Shown here one piece after another: positions 62,621 through 64,000 of a DNA stretch of 64,000 nucleotides. Numbering within the stretch: the first letter of the stretch is position 1; every line of letters begins with the position of its first letter. A program made the position numbers and the translations under genes. The notes beneath the pieces are model-generated. The model was not told the origin of the DNA and made no database searches. It worked only from the letters and a program-made list of their open reading frames with translations. Source of the DNA: an uncultured Pseudomonadales bacterium (GTDB lineage: Bacteria > Pseudomonadota > Alphaproteobacteria > UBA2136 > UBA6156); NCBI GenBank assembly GCA_964601735.1, contig CAZROO010000002.1, positions 61,109-125,108 of the forward strand, read 5' to 3'.

Positions 62621-63439
62621 TTATCCTTCCGTCGCGGGTTTATTGGTAACAGGCGTGTCTTTAACTTCCTGAGGTAACTGCAATATCACGCGGTCGGGTA
62701 GGCGCAAATCCACCGTGCCTGCATTGAGGGTAAGGATGTGGCGCGTTTGCTCTAGCGTATTCAGGGTGCCCAGCGCGGCAGCCGGGTCGTTCTCCGGTAG
62801 TTTCACCATCACCCCGCTGGCAAACGTCAAATCCCAGCGGCGTTCGCCCACCCATTCAACCTTTTTAAGCTGGCTTTCCAGGGCGGGCCATTCGGCTAGC
62901 AGGGCAAACAGCTTGGGCGCGGCGGCGGCGCTGCCGGTGCCTCGCAACTCCGGTAGGTTGCCGAATTCATAAGAGTTGCCTGAGGCACCCACCGGGTTAA
63001 TCAGTGCCCCATCCTTGGTGACGATATAAGTCTTGCCGTCCTGTTTGATGATAGCCAGCGGTACATGCTCATACAACGAAACCTTGATGTTGGCGGGTAG
63101 TTGCCGTTCCACCGCCGCCAGCCGCACCCAGGGCAGTTCTTCCAGGCGTGCGCGGGCGGCACGGGCGTCAAAACCCACCAGCGGGTCGCCTTTTTGCAGG
63201 CCGAGGGCTTGGGTCAATTGGTCCTTGGTGGTAAAAACCGCACCTTCAACCGTCACCTGTTCCACCCGCGCGCCGGTGGCTTGGGCCACCTTGTCCACTG
63301 TCCAGGCCGCCACCGGCACATGCCAGTGCCAAACGGTCCCGGCGGCAACAAGCACCCCCGTCCAGATACCGACCTTAAGCCCATTCTCCTTGGCAAACCT
63401 AATCCAACGCTGCACGCGCGCCTTAGGCTCCTGGGCCAC
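62621..63439 (-). CDS. ftsQ: cell division protein FtsQ
   Basis: 272 aa. N-terminal TM, a POTRA domain (VEQVTVEGAVFTTKDQLTQALGLQKGDPL) and an FtsQ beta domain. Confidence 0.88.
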   Translation of the reverse strand: MAQEPKARVQRWIRFAKENGLKVGIWTGVLVAAGTVWHWHVPVAAWTVDKVAQATGARVEQVTVEGAVFTTKDQLTQALGLQKGDPLVGFDARAARARLEELPWVRLAAVERQLPANIKVSLYEHVPLAIIKQDGKTYIVTKDGALINPVGASGNSYEFGNLPELRGTGSAAAAPKLFALLAEWPALESQLKKVEWVGERRWDLTFASGVMVKLPENDPAAALGTLNTLEQTRHILTLNAGTVDLRLPDRVILQLPQEVKDTPVTNKPATEG

Positions 63440-63471
63440 CCCCAGGTTAGGCTTAAAGGCATGCAGTTCGG

Positions 63472-64000
63472 TCAGTTTCTCGCCCCTCGTTGTTTTAATC
63501 CGTCTTCAATCATCCAGCGCACCACCTCGGCATAGCCCATGCCCACGGCCTTGGCGGCGTCGGGAACCAGGCTGGTCGGCGTCATGCCGGGCAGGGTGTT
63601 CACTTCCAGAACCACCAACCGGTTAGTTTTTTCATCATACCTGAAATCCACCCGCGACACACCCGTGCACCCCAGCGAAGCGGCGGCGGCAGCGGCCTGC
63701 GCCCGGAGCTTGTTTTCCAGCTCGCTCAAAGGGTTATTGAGAATTTCGTGCGTGCTGCCGCCGGGTTTGTATTTGCTGTCGTAATCATAAAAGGCGTACC
63801 CCTGTGGCACGATTTCAATAACCGGCCCCAAGGCCTTGCCGCCCAGCACGGCTACGGTGAATTCCCGCCCCGGAATATAAGCCTCGGCCAGCGGCTGGCC
63901 GTATTTCTCGCACAGCTCAATCGCCGTGTTCCAGCCCGAAATCTTGTCCAGAATGGTGACGCCGATGGTGCTGCCGCCGGTGGCGGGCTTGATGACCGCC
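63472..64000 (-). CDS. ddl: D-alanine--D-alanine ligase (5'-truncated by the window edge)
   Basis: The frame is open to the window end (...AVIKPATGGSTIGV...YDYDSKY...RVDFRYD...LVVLEVNTLPGMT). The ATP-grasp C-terminal motifs are present. Confidence 0.9.
   Translation of the reverse strand, partial: AVIKPATGGSTIGVTILDKISGWNTAIELCEKYGQPLAEAYIPGREFTVAVLGGKALGPVIEIVPQGYAFYDYDSKYKPGGSTHEILNNPLSELENKLRAQAAAAAASLGCTGVSRVDFRYDEKTNRLVVLEVNTLPGMTPTSLVPDAAKAVGMGYAEVVRWMIEDGLKQRGARN

Overview
High-GC chromosomal window, by gene content and order most consistent with a flagellated alphaproteobacterium (inference only; no search was run). I can support about 62 protein genes, one RNase P RNA, several intrinsic terminators and promoter candidates, and several short palindromic repeat families. 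I found no rRNA, tRNA, CRISPR array, transposase or prophage. Order: XRE regulator, lnt-ybeY (-); metK, trmB (+); the rimP-nusA-infB-rbfA-truB-rpsO translation cluster (+), interrupted twice by opposite-strand insertions (a secreted Pro-rich protein, and an AbrB-antitoxin/Doc/GNAT operon). An accessory, repeat-rich stretch (13.3-20.4 kb) holds a VirB2/TrbC-like orphan, a TrxR-type ferredoxin-NADP reductase, membrane proteins, a 39-aa lipoprotein and an orphan HdrB-like CCG protein. Then ampD-like and fumC (-). The flagellar/chemotaxis region (22.6-40.7 kb) holds flgE-flgD-fliK, an FlhB-C-terminal-like protein, fliO-fliP, a 963-aa TPR protein with two MotB-like proteins, cheA-cheB-cheZ-cheY, a MotE-like protein, fliM and fliL. 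Next come hbd, def-fmt-truA, sucD-sucC, a Met-rich secreted protein, mdh, a methyltransferase and rnpB. The dcw cluster is split into two convergent halves: mraZ-rsmH-ftsL-ftsI-murE-murF-mraY-murD (+) meets lpxC-ftsZ-ftsA-ftsQ-ddl (-). The best candidates for something undescribed are: (1) the MotB-like/MotB-like/TPR trio coupled to cheA; (2) a CheA whose P2 region is replaced by three tandem acidic peptide repeats; (3) a nucleoside 2-deoxyribosyltransferase-like gene with flanking terminator inserted between ftsA and ftsZ; (4) a 185-bp element with 25-bp perfect inverted repeats filling the ftsQ-ftsA spacer; (5) a Met-rich secreted protein inside mdh-sucCD. Many long ORFs in the supplied track are antisense or extension artefacts of high GC and were not called. 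Start codons were re-picked where conserved N-termini allowed.
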